Positions 51,883-60,275 of a stretch of DNA of 60,275 nt are shown here, piece by piece. Below the pieces are notes generated by a model. It had not been told where the DNA came from and searched no databases. It worked only from the letters and a program-made list of their open reading frames with translations. A program made the translations under genes and the position numbers. Source of the stretch: DHVE2 group archaeon (lineage in GTDB: Archaea > Thermoplasmatota > Thermoplasmata > Thermoplasmatales > Aciduliprofundaceae); assembly GCA_015521465.1 (NCBI GenBank), contig WAOD01000062.1, positions 1-60,275 of the forward strand, written 5' to 3'. Positions within the stretch are counted from its first letter, which is position 1. The number at the start of each line of letters is the position of its first letter.

Positions 51883-54800
51883 ATGAAGTGGAGTGCATTT
51901 GTTATCGTAATTATGGTGATTTTAAGCATATTTACGGGTATTCTTATCAACACCTTTAACGGTGAAAGTGTGCATAGGAGCATTCAATCACTTTCGTCAT
52001 CTATTGAAACCCTTGATACGGTCAGGGCAACTCCCCATCTTGACTGGAATGGAAGCTTTCCATATAATGTGCAGGCACTACCATTCGTAATGCATGGAAA
52101 GGTAAATGTTACTGCAGTAGGCGATGTAAATGGTGATGGGAAGGTTGATGTAATATTTTCATCCACTGATGATGATAAGATTTTCGTGTATTTCAACAGA
52201 GGGGAATATACCAGCGTTTTTCCATCGCTTGTTCTCAACGATTCCGATGGTATAAATGAACCGGTTGATGTTTCGGTGGTAGATGGTCTTCTTGCGGTTG
52301 CATCCCATGTAACAACGTTGTCTCCTCCCACTGAAACTGATACCGTGAAGTTGTATAATTTGACAAGTGGAAAAATCATATCTTTAAAACCCCCTACTGG
52401 AGCGACTGGTGTTGATTATGAGATAACTTCCCTTGCAGTGGGTGATTTTAATGGGGATGGAAAGGAAGATATAGCTGCGGCATTTTCTGTAAATGGTTCG
52501 TTATCCACTACACAGAAAAGTAAGATAGATATCTATTTCTCGCCGTTTACAGATAATCAGAGTGCCAATGAGACTATTTCTGTGGATTGGAATATTGAGA
52601 AAATTACCGCCGGTAATTTCAGGACTGTGGGCGAAAAAGATATTGCTGCGGTGGTGAATAATAGAACCGACGTGCTGGTATTCTATCCGGATTCATCAGG
52701 TGATTTTAGCTCAAATGATTATTCTGAGCATCCCGTTAATTACACCACGACTATTTGCGCTCATGATTTGAATAATGATGGAATAGATGAGTTGATAGTT
52801 GGCGATTCAGGTACGGGTAATGTTAGCATTTATCACGCTAATGACGGAAGCGATTTGCCAGAGTATCCTTCTTTAAATATAACCGAAGATTCTGGGGTGA
52901 GTGCAATAGCGGTTGGTAATTTTAATCCGGATGCATATCCTGATATTGTAGTGGCCAGAAAGGATGTGCTTGTGGATGGCCATGATGTTCCATTGTACCT
53001 GAGAATTTACGATGGCCCTTGGAATTTTAATGGAGGAAGTATTAATGCCCCTAGTAGAACCATATTTGCAGGATACAATGTTTTGGACATGAAGGTGGCA
53101 GATATAAACGGTGACGGAATGGACGACCTAATAACTTGCGATTACGGGGGGTTTAACGATTACCCCTCCGTGCCATATGTTCTGTATCAGCGAGATGGGT
53201 ATCTGAAGGGTATTGCGGACGAATCATTGTACGGGGGACTTCTTCCCAGTGGTGTTGCAATAGGTGATATAAACGGTGATTCTCTAAATGATATTGTTGT
53301 TGCCCAAACTAAGGCAAACAAAACAGGCGTTTTTCTAAATGATGGATACGGATTTCCACGGTTCTACTCTACAGTTAACAATACTCCCGGGAATCCGGGC
53401 TTTGTTGCACTATCCAACATATCCAATGCGTACCGTGATGATATTGTTGTCAGCCACCTTTCTGATGGGAATTTAACTTTATACAGCACCAGTGGAAATA
53501 TTCTCACATTAAGAACGTATATGAACACAACTTACATGGTGATGTTTGGTGACACGCGCAATGAAAATGAAAGTGATATACTTGTTAATTCTCTTACTAA
53601 CCCCGAGATTGATATATTTTTAGGAGATGGTTTTTCTAATGATAGTCTTCCGCAGGTTAGAGTTCCACTATTCAATGTTTCTCGTGATTTTTCACTCATT
53701 AGTGTTATGGGAGAGCGTTATCCAGAACTTGTTGTAATGTACTCCACAAACATTACCATATATAAGCAGAATACCGTAAGCAATTTTACACCTGAGGAAG
53801 TAATACCCAATCCTTCCGGTTACAATGGTGCAGCGATTGCAGTGGGTGATTTCAATGGTGATGGAAAGGATGACCTTCTTGCAATCTACAACAGTAACAC
53901 TTCTTTTAAGTCTATGTATGCTATTTACTCTCAAAATGAGGATACCATTCAGAATGCTTCATATATTTCTGGAAACTTAACAGGAAGAGTAAGAAGCGTT
54001 ACTGTGGGTGATTTCAACGACGATGGTGTTCCTGATTTTGCAGTGGTGACAAATTACAATATGGTTGTAGTTGCCTACAATGATGAAAGTGTTTTCAATT
54101 ACGACTACTTTGCGACTGATCCAAATCCCGTGTATATAGCTTCTGGTGATGTCAATGGTGATGGAAAGGAAGACATAGTCGTTTCAGCTGATAGTCCCGT
54201 GTACGATGCTTTACCAAGAGAAGTGGATATGGTGGATGTTTACTACCAGAAAGATACAAAACCCGTTGCAAATATTTCTGGGCCTCAGGAAATCTACGAA
54301 GGCCATTACCTGAATCTAAGTGCTGAGAATTCCACGGATACCTTATCCGATATATCTTCCCTGAATTACACATGGTACGTTAAGAATGGAAGTGAGTGGT
54401 CTTTTGTTTCATATGGTGTGAATCTCTCATACTTTGTGAAAACTCAAGGCAATTATACATTCATGGTAGTTGTTAAGGATAAAGAGGGTTTAAGTGATAA
54501 TGCAACCAAAAATGTTACTGTTCTTGATACAGTTCCTGTGGTTAATTTTACATACTACAACGCTGTTGAGGGACAAAACACAACGTTTCATGCAAACATA
54601 AGCGCGTATGATGGTGTTGACGAAATCAAGTGGGACATGAACGGTGATGGGATGTGGGATTTTTATAATACAACATGGGTAAACTACACATATAAGGAGA
54701 ATGGAACGTATCACGTTAATCTTACCGTAATTGATGGTGATGGGAGCGTAGGATATGTGAACAAGACGGTATTTATAAAAGACACAGTTCCCACGTGCAA

Positions 54801-56583
54801 TTTCTCATATTCCCCCAAAGTTATATACGAGGGTGAAGTGGTTAGTTTTACTGCTTCTTGGAGCTCTTACGACCCCGTGGTAAACTGGACATGGTATATC
54901 TCGAATAATGTTTTGTACGGTAAAAATATAAATTATACATTTCAGGAGAACGGTACCTACACGGTAACTCTTCAGGTTAGAGACAGTGACGGTTCTGTGG
55001 CAAACTCATCTAAAAAACTTGTTGTTCTGGACACGCAACCCATAGTGAACTTCACTTATAGCCCTCAAGTGGTTTACGAGGGTGAAAGCGTTAATTTCAC
55101 TGCGCATGTTGAGTCATACGATGAAATAAAGTCGTATTTCTGGGATTTTGGAGATGGTAATTACTCCACAGATAAGAATCCCACCCATGTTTTTAATGAA
55201 AATGGAACATATACCGTTACTTTGTATGTAACTGATGCTGATGGCTCCAATGTTAGTGCCTCCAAGGTAATTGTGGTCAAAAATGTAAAACCCTCGGTTA
55301 CTCTTGCCTATACCAATGCCGTAGAGGGAGAGAACACCACATTTTACGTAAATATAACATCTTATGATGGGATTAAGTACGTGGTTCTTTATTTTGGGGA
55401 CGGAAAGAAGGTGAATATCACAAATCCTCCAAATCACCTGAAAATATACCATGTGTACGTTAGAAATGGCAGCTATGAAGCAAGTGTTTTTGTGAAGACT
55501 CTTAACGGCGATCAGGCAAGCAGTGCTATAACCGTTGTGGTAGAGGATACATTACCAAAAGTGGTTCTTAGAGTGATAGGTTCAAGTGTTGTCAAAGAAG
55601 ACGAACGGGTGTGGCTCAGTGCAAATGGAACCACTGCTTACGATGGAATAAAAGAGTATTTATGGGATTTTAACTATATGAACAACCATTTCACTGCTGA
55701 TAAATCTACCGAGGTTCCATATACTTTCACAAGTTTCCCGGAGCGGGGCAATTATACTGTTGCTGTGATGGTGATTGATGGCGATGGCTCAGGAGCTCTT
55801 GGATTTGCGAAGATAACCGTGGTGAACGTTCCTCCTGTGGCTAATTTTACGTATAATATATCTTATAATGTGGTTTATGTTGATGGCTCTCACTCATATG
55901 ATACCCCGTCTGACAAGGCATCTTTGATTTACATGTGGAACTTTGGAGATGGCTCCCATGTTGTGTATGGTATGACCGCAGAGCATGAATACAAGAAACC
56001 GGGAAAGTATGTGATAACGCTAATTGTTAAGGATAATGATGGAGTAGAAAGTAAAATGAGCAAGGTTATTGAAATAAAAACAGTACCCGTAACAAACGGT
56101 GGTACTGCAGACAAAACACTGGGCTTAATTCTACTTATACTCATTCCTATAATTGGAGGACTTTTAGCAGTTCTTATATACATGCGAGGAAAACAGGCAA
56201 TCATAGATGATGTGTACCTCATATCTGATTCTGGGTTGCTTATACACCATTCTACGAGAAGATTGAAACCTGATATGGATGAGGATGTGCTATCCAGCAT
56301 GTTAGTTGCCATACAGGAATTTGTTAAAGATGCCTTCAAAGGAGAGACCGATGTATCGCTCAAGAGCATGGACTTTGGAAACAAGAAGATACAGATTCAC
56401 CGGGGCAAGCATCTGTTTCTTGCAGTTGTGAGCAACAGGGACGTACCCAAGAAACTTGCAGGGAAAATATCCTCAATCCTAAATGAGATAGAGGAGAAGT
56501 ACGGGAAAGTTTTGGAGAACTGGGATGGAGACGTGTCTGCGTTCAGGGGTGTAGAGGAGATTCTTAAAAAGATATGGGAATGA
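51883..56583 (+). CDS. Single-pass surface protein: ~13 FG-GAP repeats, ~7 PKD domains, TM, cytoplasmic longin-like domain
   Basis: Repeated AVGD(F/V/I)NGDG..D, WDFGDG/GTYTVTL.V.D.DG, TM LGLILLILIPIIGGLLAVLIYM, then IDDVYLISDSGLLI..VLSSMLVAIQEFVKDAF. Confidence 0.88.
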   Translation: MKWSAFVIVIMVILSIFTGILINTFNGESVHRSIQSLSSSIETLDTVRATPHLDWNGSFPYNVQALPFVMHGKVNVTAVGDVNGDGKVDVIFSSTDDDKIFVYFNRGEYTSVFPSLVLNDSDGINEPVDVSVVDGLLAVASHVTTLSPPTETDTVKLYNLTSGKIISLKPPTGATGVDYEITSLAVGDFNGDGKEDIAAAFSVNGSLSTTQKSKIDIYFSPFTDNQSANETISVDWNIEKITAGNFRTVGEKDIAAVVNNRTDVLVFYPDSSGDFSSNDYSEHPVNYTTTICAHDLNNDGIDELIVGDSGTGNVSIYHANDGSDLPEYPSLNITEDSGVSAIAVGNFNPDAYPDIVVARKDVLVDGHDVPLYLRIYDGPWNFNGGSINAPSRTIFAGYNVLDMKVADINGDGMDDLITCDYGGFNDYPSVPYVLYQRDGYLKGIADESLYGGLLPSGVAIGDINGDSLNDIVVAQTKANKTGVFLNDGYGFPRFYSTVNNTPGNPGFVALSNISNAYRDDIVVSHLSDGNLTLYSTSGNILTLRTYMNTTYMVMFGDTRNENESDILVNSLTNPEIDIFLGDGFSNDSLPQVRVPLFNVSRDFSLISVMGERYPELVVMYSTNITIYKQNTVSNFTPEEVIPNPSGYNGAAIAVGDFNGDGKDDLLAIYNSNTSFKSMYAIYSQNEDTIQNASYISGNLTGRVRSVTVGDFNDDGVPDFAVVTNYNMVVVAYNDESVFNYDYFATDPNPVYIASGDVNGDGKEDIVVSADSPVYDALPREVDMVDVYYQKDTKPVANISGPQEIYEGHYLNLSAENSTDTLSDISSLNYTWYVKNGSEWSFVSYGVNLSYFVKTQGNYTFMVVVKDKEGLSDNATKNVTVLDTVPVVNFTYYNAVEGQNTTFHANISAYDGVDEIKWDMNGDGMWDFYNTTWVNYTYKENGTYHVNLTVIDGDGSVGYVNKTVFIKDTVPTCNFSYSPKVIYEGEVVSFTASWSSYDPVVNWTWYISNNVLYGKNINYTFQENGTYTVTLQVRDSDGSVANSSKKLVVLDTQPIVNFTYSPQVVYEGESVNFTAHVESYDEIKSYFWDFGDGNYSTDKNPTHVFNENGTYTVTLYVTDADGSNVSASKVIVVKNVKPSVTLAYTNAVEGENTTFYVNITSYDGIKYVVLYFGDGKKVNITNPPNHLKIYHVYVRNGSYEASVFVKTLNGDQASSAITVVVEDTLPKVVLRVIGSSVVKEDERVWLSANGTTAYDGIKEYLWDFNYMNNHFTADKSTEVPYTFTSFPERGNYTVAVMVIDGDGSGALGFAKITVVNVPPVANFTYNISYNVVYVDGSHSYDTPSDKASLIYMWNFGDGSHVVYGMTAEHEYKKPGKYVITLIVKDNDGVESKMSKVIEIKTVPVTNGGTADKTLGLILLILIPIIGGLLAVLIYMRGKQAIIDDVYLISDSGLLIHHSTRRLKPDMDEDVLSSMLVAIQEFVKDAFKGETDVSLKSMDFGNKKIQIHRGKHLFLAVVSNRDVPKKLAGKISSILNEIEEKYGKVLENWDGDVSAFRGVEEILKKIWE

Positions 56584-56585
56584 GT

Positions 56586-57380
56586 TTATCTTACTTTTCT
56601 AAGTATTTTTAGTCTTTTTAATTTCAACTCCCTTGCTTCTTCGTCGCCCTTGAAAGATCTTTCCACTTCTTCCAATAAGTCTATGAATTTTTTAACAGAG
56701 TCGTAGTCCGGAGTATGTATGTTTACTCCAGCTTTTTCTGCCTGTTTTCTCACAATGGGCATTGCATCGTTTATATCTCCGTAATTTATCGAGAAATCAT
56801 ATATGATATAGTCCAGGGCGTCTTTTACAGTTCTTACCTCCTTGGATTGCTTATTTTCTTTGCCAGTTGCGATGTTCATGCCAAGCATGTGCTCTGCAAG
56901 CTTTCTAAAGGCCAGCTCAACATTTTCCCCTGTTTTGGCACTCGTCAAAAAATACTCCATATTGTACTTTTCAGCCAGTAGCCTCAAATCATCCTCTTGT
57001 ACTTCCCAGTTATCCAAGTCACTTTTATTTCCCAGTAAAATTAGAGGAATTCCAGGGGCTATTTTGTACAGCTGGGGAATCCAGTATCCTTCAATGGATT
57101 CTAAAGTACTTCGTCTGGTAACGTCCACGACCATGAAGGCGCCTTCTGCACCTTTGAACGATGCCCATTGTACCCTTTCGTATCCTTTCTGACCAAGGAT
57201 GTCCCATATCATAAGCGTTACTTCTGAGTCTCCGATTACCATGCTCTTTTTAGATACTCTTGTACCTATTGTTGCAATATACTTTTCATTAAATTTGTTC
57301 AGGACAAATCGATTTATAAGTGATGTTTTACCCACACCCCCATCTCCCAAAAGAACCATTTTCTTTTTGAGCAGTTTCAT
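56586..57380 (-). CDS. Rab-like small GTPase with C-terminal helical extension
   Basis: G1 GDGGVGKTS, G2 YIATIG, G3 IWDILGQ, G4 GNKSDL, G5 TSAKTG, NVELAF. Confidence 0.92.
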   Translation of the reverse strand: MKLLKKKMVLLGDGGVGKTSLINRFVLNKFNEKYIATIGTRVSKKSMVIGDSEVTLMIWDILGQKGYERVQWASFKGAEGAFMVVDVTRRSTLESIEGYWIPQLYKIAPGIPLILLGNKSDLDNWEVQEDDLRLLAEKYNMEYFLTSAKTGENVELAFRKLAEHMLGMNIATGKENKQSKEVRTVKDALDYIIYDFSINYGDINDAMPIVRKQAEKAGVNIHTPDYDSVKKFIDLLEEVERSFKGDEEARELKLKRLKILRKVR

Positions 57381-57610
57381 ACCTGGTAATTATTGTGGGT
57401 GTATTTAAAAATTTATTTAGTTATCTTAAATTCACTGCAAGTTAAATTTATTTAAATCCATGTGTGTTTATCTATACGTTTCTAATCTAATGGCAACAGT
57501 TGTTTTTCCTTTTATAATTTCCTTTCCGCATTTTTCTTTTGGACAAGCTTGCAACTTGCCTTATATGGAAAAACTATTCGTGTACAAATTTAAATGGCCA
57601 TCCATGTAAC

Positions 57611-58054
57611 ATGCAGAGTGCATAATTGCTGTAGCGATAATCATTTTTCTATTTTTGGATTAGGGAATGCCACATCTCAAGCTGTATCTTGGGATATTGG
57701 AAATTATACTGGGTTGTATGTGCCAAAACCCAAGTAGGATTATCAAAGGGGTGTAAACGGAAACGCTGATGTGCACCCATGTACATTTCTATCTTAAATA
57801 TGAAACTGCGCTATTATCTCAAGATACCACACGGGTAAATACGAGCACCGATGGCCATGGTGTATTTTATCTTGGGGGGCATCTCGTTCTCCACAGGGAA
57901 TATGTGGGACAGCTGAAAGTACATCATGTACAGAACGAACTATGACAACTTCAGCTACGCTATAGTCCAGTTGAATGAGCAATACGAGCAGAATTATTCA
58001 ACAGATCACATAGACAGTATACTATTGGACATTACCGTTAAGGCAGAAATATAG
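57611..58054 (+). pseudogene. Possible remnant of an exported protein gene
   Basis: Protein-like segments in shifting frames (CIIAVAIIIFLFL; GLGNATSQAVSWDIGNY; YLKYETALLSQDTTRVNTSTDG; YRTNYDNFSYAIVQ..ITVKAEI) broken by stops. Confidence 0.3.
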
Positions 58055-58063
58055 TGAATGGAA

Positions 58064-58486
58064 TCACCTCTCAAGTTCGAGCATTGCAGAGTTCTCAAAA
58101 AACATCTCGCAATCTTTGTTTCTCCATGGTGTGATTTTAAGATGCTTTAATTTTTTTTCATTAAAGTTTATAATTTTATCGTTTCTTGGAAGGGATAGCT
58201 CAAAGTCTTCTGCGCTTATTGCCACGATATTTTCAGAGCCTTCAGAGCTGCAAAGAGCTATAGCGTCTTTTATTTGCCTCTTCCCGGATAATATTAACAT
58301 CATTTCAAGATGCTCCTTGTTGGCTATGTTCTTTCCCCTGGAGAAGTTCTCAAGCATTTTGTTGTATGCCCATTCAATATGCTCTCTGCACCCTACGCAG
58401 AGATAATTAAAAACATAAATGCCCCTGAAAGCTAACTCTTGGGATTTTTTGGCATATACATTTCCTTGGTATCCCTTAACAATCAT
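58064..58486 (-). CDS. cgi121: KEOPS complex subunit Cgi121
   Basis: EHIEWAY..F.RGKNIA...[17 protein letters not shown]. Confidence 0.85.
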   Translation of the reverse strand: MIVKGYQGNVYAKKSQELAFRGIYVFNYLCVGCREHIEWAYNKMLENFSRGKNIANKEHLEMMLILSGKRQIKDAIALCSSEGSENIVAISAEDFELSLPRNDKIINFNEKKLKHLKITPWRNKDCEMFFENSAMLELER

Positions 58487-60275
58487 TCGTATCCCCTAAT
58501 GCTCTCAAATCTCTTAAGCATTTCATCTTTTTTATTGCAGTCTTCCAAGGCATGTTCAAAGACCTCGTCAATGGTGCTTACCGGTATGATTTCTATTCTG
58601 TTCTTGTGCTCTTCGTCCAGTATAACATCGTCCACGTTTGCCTTGGGGATTATAACCTTTTTTAGCCCTGCTTCTATTGCTGCTTCCACCTTTGCAGTAA
58701 CTCCTCCCACTGGTAGCACATGTCCTCGTATACTTAGCGAACCGGTCATGGCTATGCACTGTTTCACAGGTATGCTTTCCAGAGCAGATACCACTGCCGT
58801 TGCAACGCTGATACTGGCACTATCTCCTTCAACACCCTCGTATGTGCCTATGAATTGAATGTGCACATCGTAGTTAGTTATGTGCTTTCCAAAATATTTC
58901 TTTATGATGGCAGATACGTTTTCCACAGCTTCCTTTGCAATCTCACCTAATTTACCCGTGGCAATCATCCTGCCATGCTCTTTTGCCTGCGCGGGGGTAA
59001 CTTCTGCCATTATTGGGAGAACTATTCCTGAGTATTCTGCCATGCCACTGCTCGCAGAATATACGGCCAGACCGTTTACCATTCCTATGGCCTTTCCCTC
59101 GCTCAGGAAAGTCTTGTACTCTTTTTTCATCTCTATTAACCTGTCTGTTACCTGCTGTTCCAGCGGTTTGGATATCTTTTTTGCTTTCAGCACGTGCTCT
59201 GCCGTGACGTATTCTGCGCCTTCTTCTCTTGCAATATCCCCTGCGACTCTAACAAGACCTCCCAGTTCCCTAAGTCTGAGAGTTAATTTTCCTTTTCTTC
59301 CTGCCCTTTTTTGAGCTTCTTTTATTATCTCGGCCACCGCATCTTTCGTGAAATGGGGTATTTTTCCATCTTTTTTGACTTCTTGGGCTATAAACCTGAT
59401 TAAATTCTTGCGGTTCTCTTCGGTATCCGGCATGGTGGATTTCATGAATACCTCGTATCCATAGCCCCTTATTCTGGAACGCAGTGCGGGATGCATTCCC
59501 TGCAACGCGTCCAGGTTTCCTGCCGCAACAAGTATAAAATCACACGGAACAGGTTCTGTATGCACCATCGCCCCGGCAGAGTGCTCGCTTTGCCCGGATA
59601 TGGGAAACTTTTTCTCTTGAATGGCGGTGAGCAATGCCTGCTGGGATTCTATTCTAAGCATATTTATTTCATCTATGAACAGCACCCCTTTGTGCGCCTT
59701 GTGTATTGCTCCAGCCTCTACCCTGACATGAGGTGGTGTTTCCAGCCCGCCACTTTGAAACGGGTCGTGGCGCACATCACCCAAGAGGGCGCCGGCATGG
59801 GCACCGGTTGCATCTATAAAAGGTGGTTTTTCTCCCTTTTCGTGAGATACTAACAGCTTTGGAACCATTGCCTTCTCTTCTCTCTGAATGGCAGAGCCGG
59901 TAAACGCGTAAAGGAATATGGCTATGAATATTGACCAGAACAAGAATGAGTAATCTTTTGTTACAAAAGCCCCGAATATACCGAGAAATATTAGCAGAAA
60001 TAGAATCATTTGCATACTCATTTTCCTTTCATTTTTCTTTTTGTTAGCCTCTCTTTGATACTGCTGAACTATGTACTTTCCCTGCCCGGCGGGTACTATT
60101 TTTATCTTTGGTGAGTTAGGATCTTCTTCATTTGGAAAAACCAGCACATCCTCCAAATCCTCCCTTGGTAGAAAATCAACCATACTCTGAGCAAGCATAC
60201 TCTTTCCGGTTCCTGGGTCTCCAAGAAGAATCACGTGCCTTTTCTGCCGGGCAGCTTTCTTTATTACCTCTACTG
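58483..60275 (-). CDS. lonB: Membrane-bound ATP-dependent protease LonB (5' end outside the window)
   Basis: GDPGTGKS, two TM helices in the AAA domain, [17 protein letters not shown], catalytic VEGDSAS and GGVTAK. Confidence 0.96.
   Translation of the reverse strand, partial: VEVIKKAARQKRHVILLGDPGTGKSMLAQSMVDFLPREDLEDVLVFPNEEDPNSPKIKIVPAGQGKYIVQQYQREANKKKNERKMSMQMILFLLIFLGIFGAFVTKDYSFLFWSIFIAIFLYAFTGSAIQREEKAMVPKLLVSHEKGEKPPFIDATGAHAGALLGDVRHDPFQSGGLETPPHVRVEAGAIHKAHKGVLFIDEINMLRIESQQALLTAIQEKKFPISGQSEHSAGAMVHTEPVPCDFILVAAGNLDALQGMHPALRSRIRGYGYEVFMKSTMPDTEENRKNLIRFIAQEVKKDGKIPHFTKDAVAEIIKEAQKRAGRKGKLTLRLRELGGLVRVAGDIAREEGAEYVTAEHVLKAKKISKPLEQQVTDRLIEMKKEYKTFLSEGKAIGMVNGLAVYSASSGMAEYSGIVLPIMAEVTPAQAKEHGRMIATGKLGEIAKEAVENVSAIIKKYFGKHITNYDVHIQFIGTYEGVEGDSASISVATAVVSALESIPVKQCIAMTGSLSIRGHVLPVGGVTAKVEAAIEAGLKKVIIPKANVDDVILDEEHKNRIEIIPVSTIDEVFEHALEDCNKKDEMLKRFESIRGYE

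Noticed and set aside
52441..54170. Near-identical 26-nt repeats GGTGAT(T/G)T(T/C)AATGG(T/G)GATGGAAAGGA
   Set aside because: Explained by coding of the FG-GAP GD(F/V)NGDGK motif.

Overview
Archaeal chromosomal window, most consistent with a Thermoplasmatota/DHVE2 (Aciduliprofundum-like) organism. This is inferred from the combination of the rpoE1-spt4-rps24e-rps27ae cluster, GyrA, AsnRS, LonB, tetraether synthase and PEF-CTERM-like proteins. Bases ~1-8128 are the right end of a decayed element integrated at a tRNA-Leu(GAG): an SSV1/pTN3-type integrase C-fragment running through a tRNA 3' half, a truncated primase, a helicase-like ATPase with a GINS-B-like tail, and AAA_14/DUF4143 ATPases. The rest is mostly housekeeping: transcription and translation genes, three intact tRNAs, an unusually elaborated Opp ABC transporter, most of the tetraether-lipid pathway, gyrA, purH and lonB. 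Best candidates for undescribed biology: (1) a single-pass FG-GAP/PKD surface receptor with a cytoplasmic longin-like domain abutting a Rab-like small GTPase (51883-57380); (2) a full-length but catalytically eroded IleRS paralog fused to HhH, zinc ribbon and a DUF835-like domain (46336-49356); (3) a SNF2 helicase coupled to a protein with a long CxxC-x4-CxxH zinc-finger array (8198-11420); (4) a bacterial-type tRNA-guanine transglycosylase in an archaeon. All family assignments come from motif recognition by eye; no searches were run.
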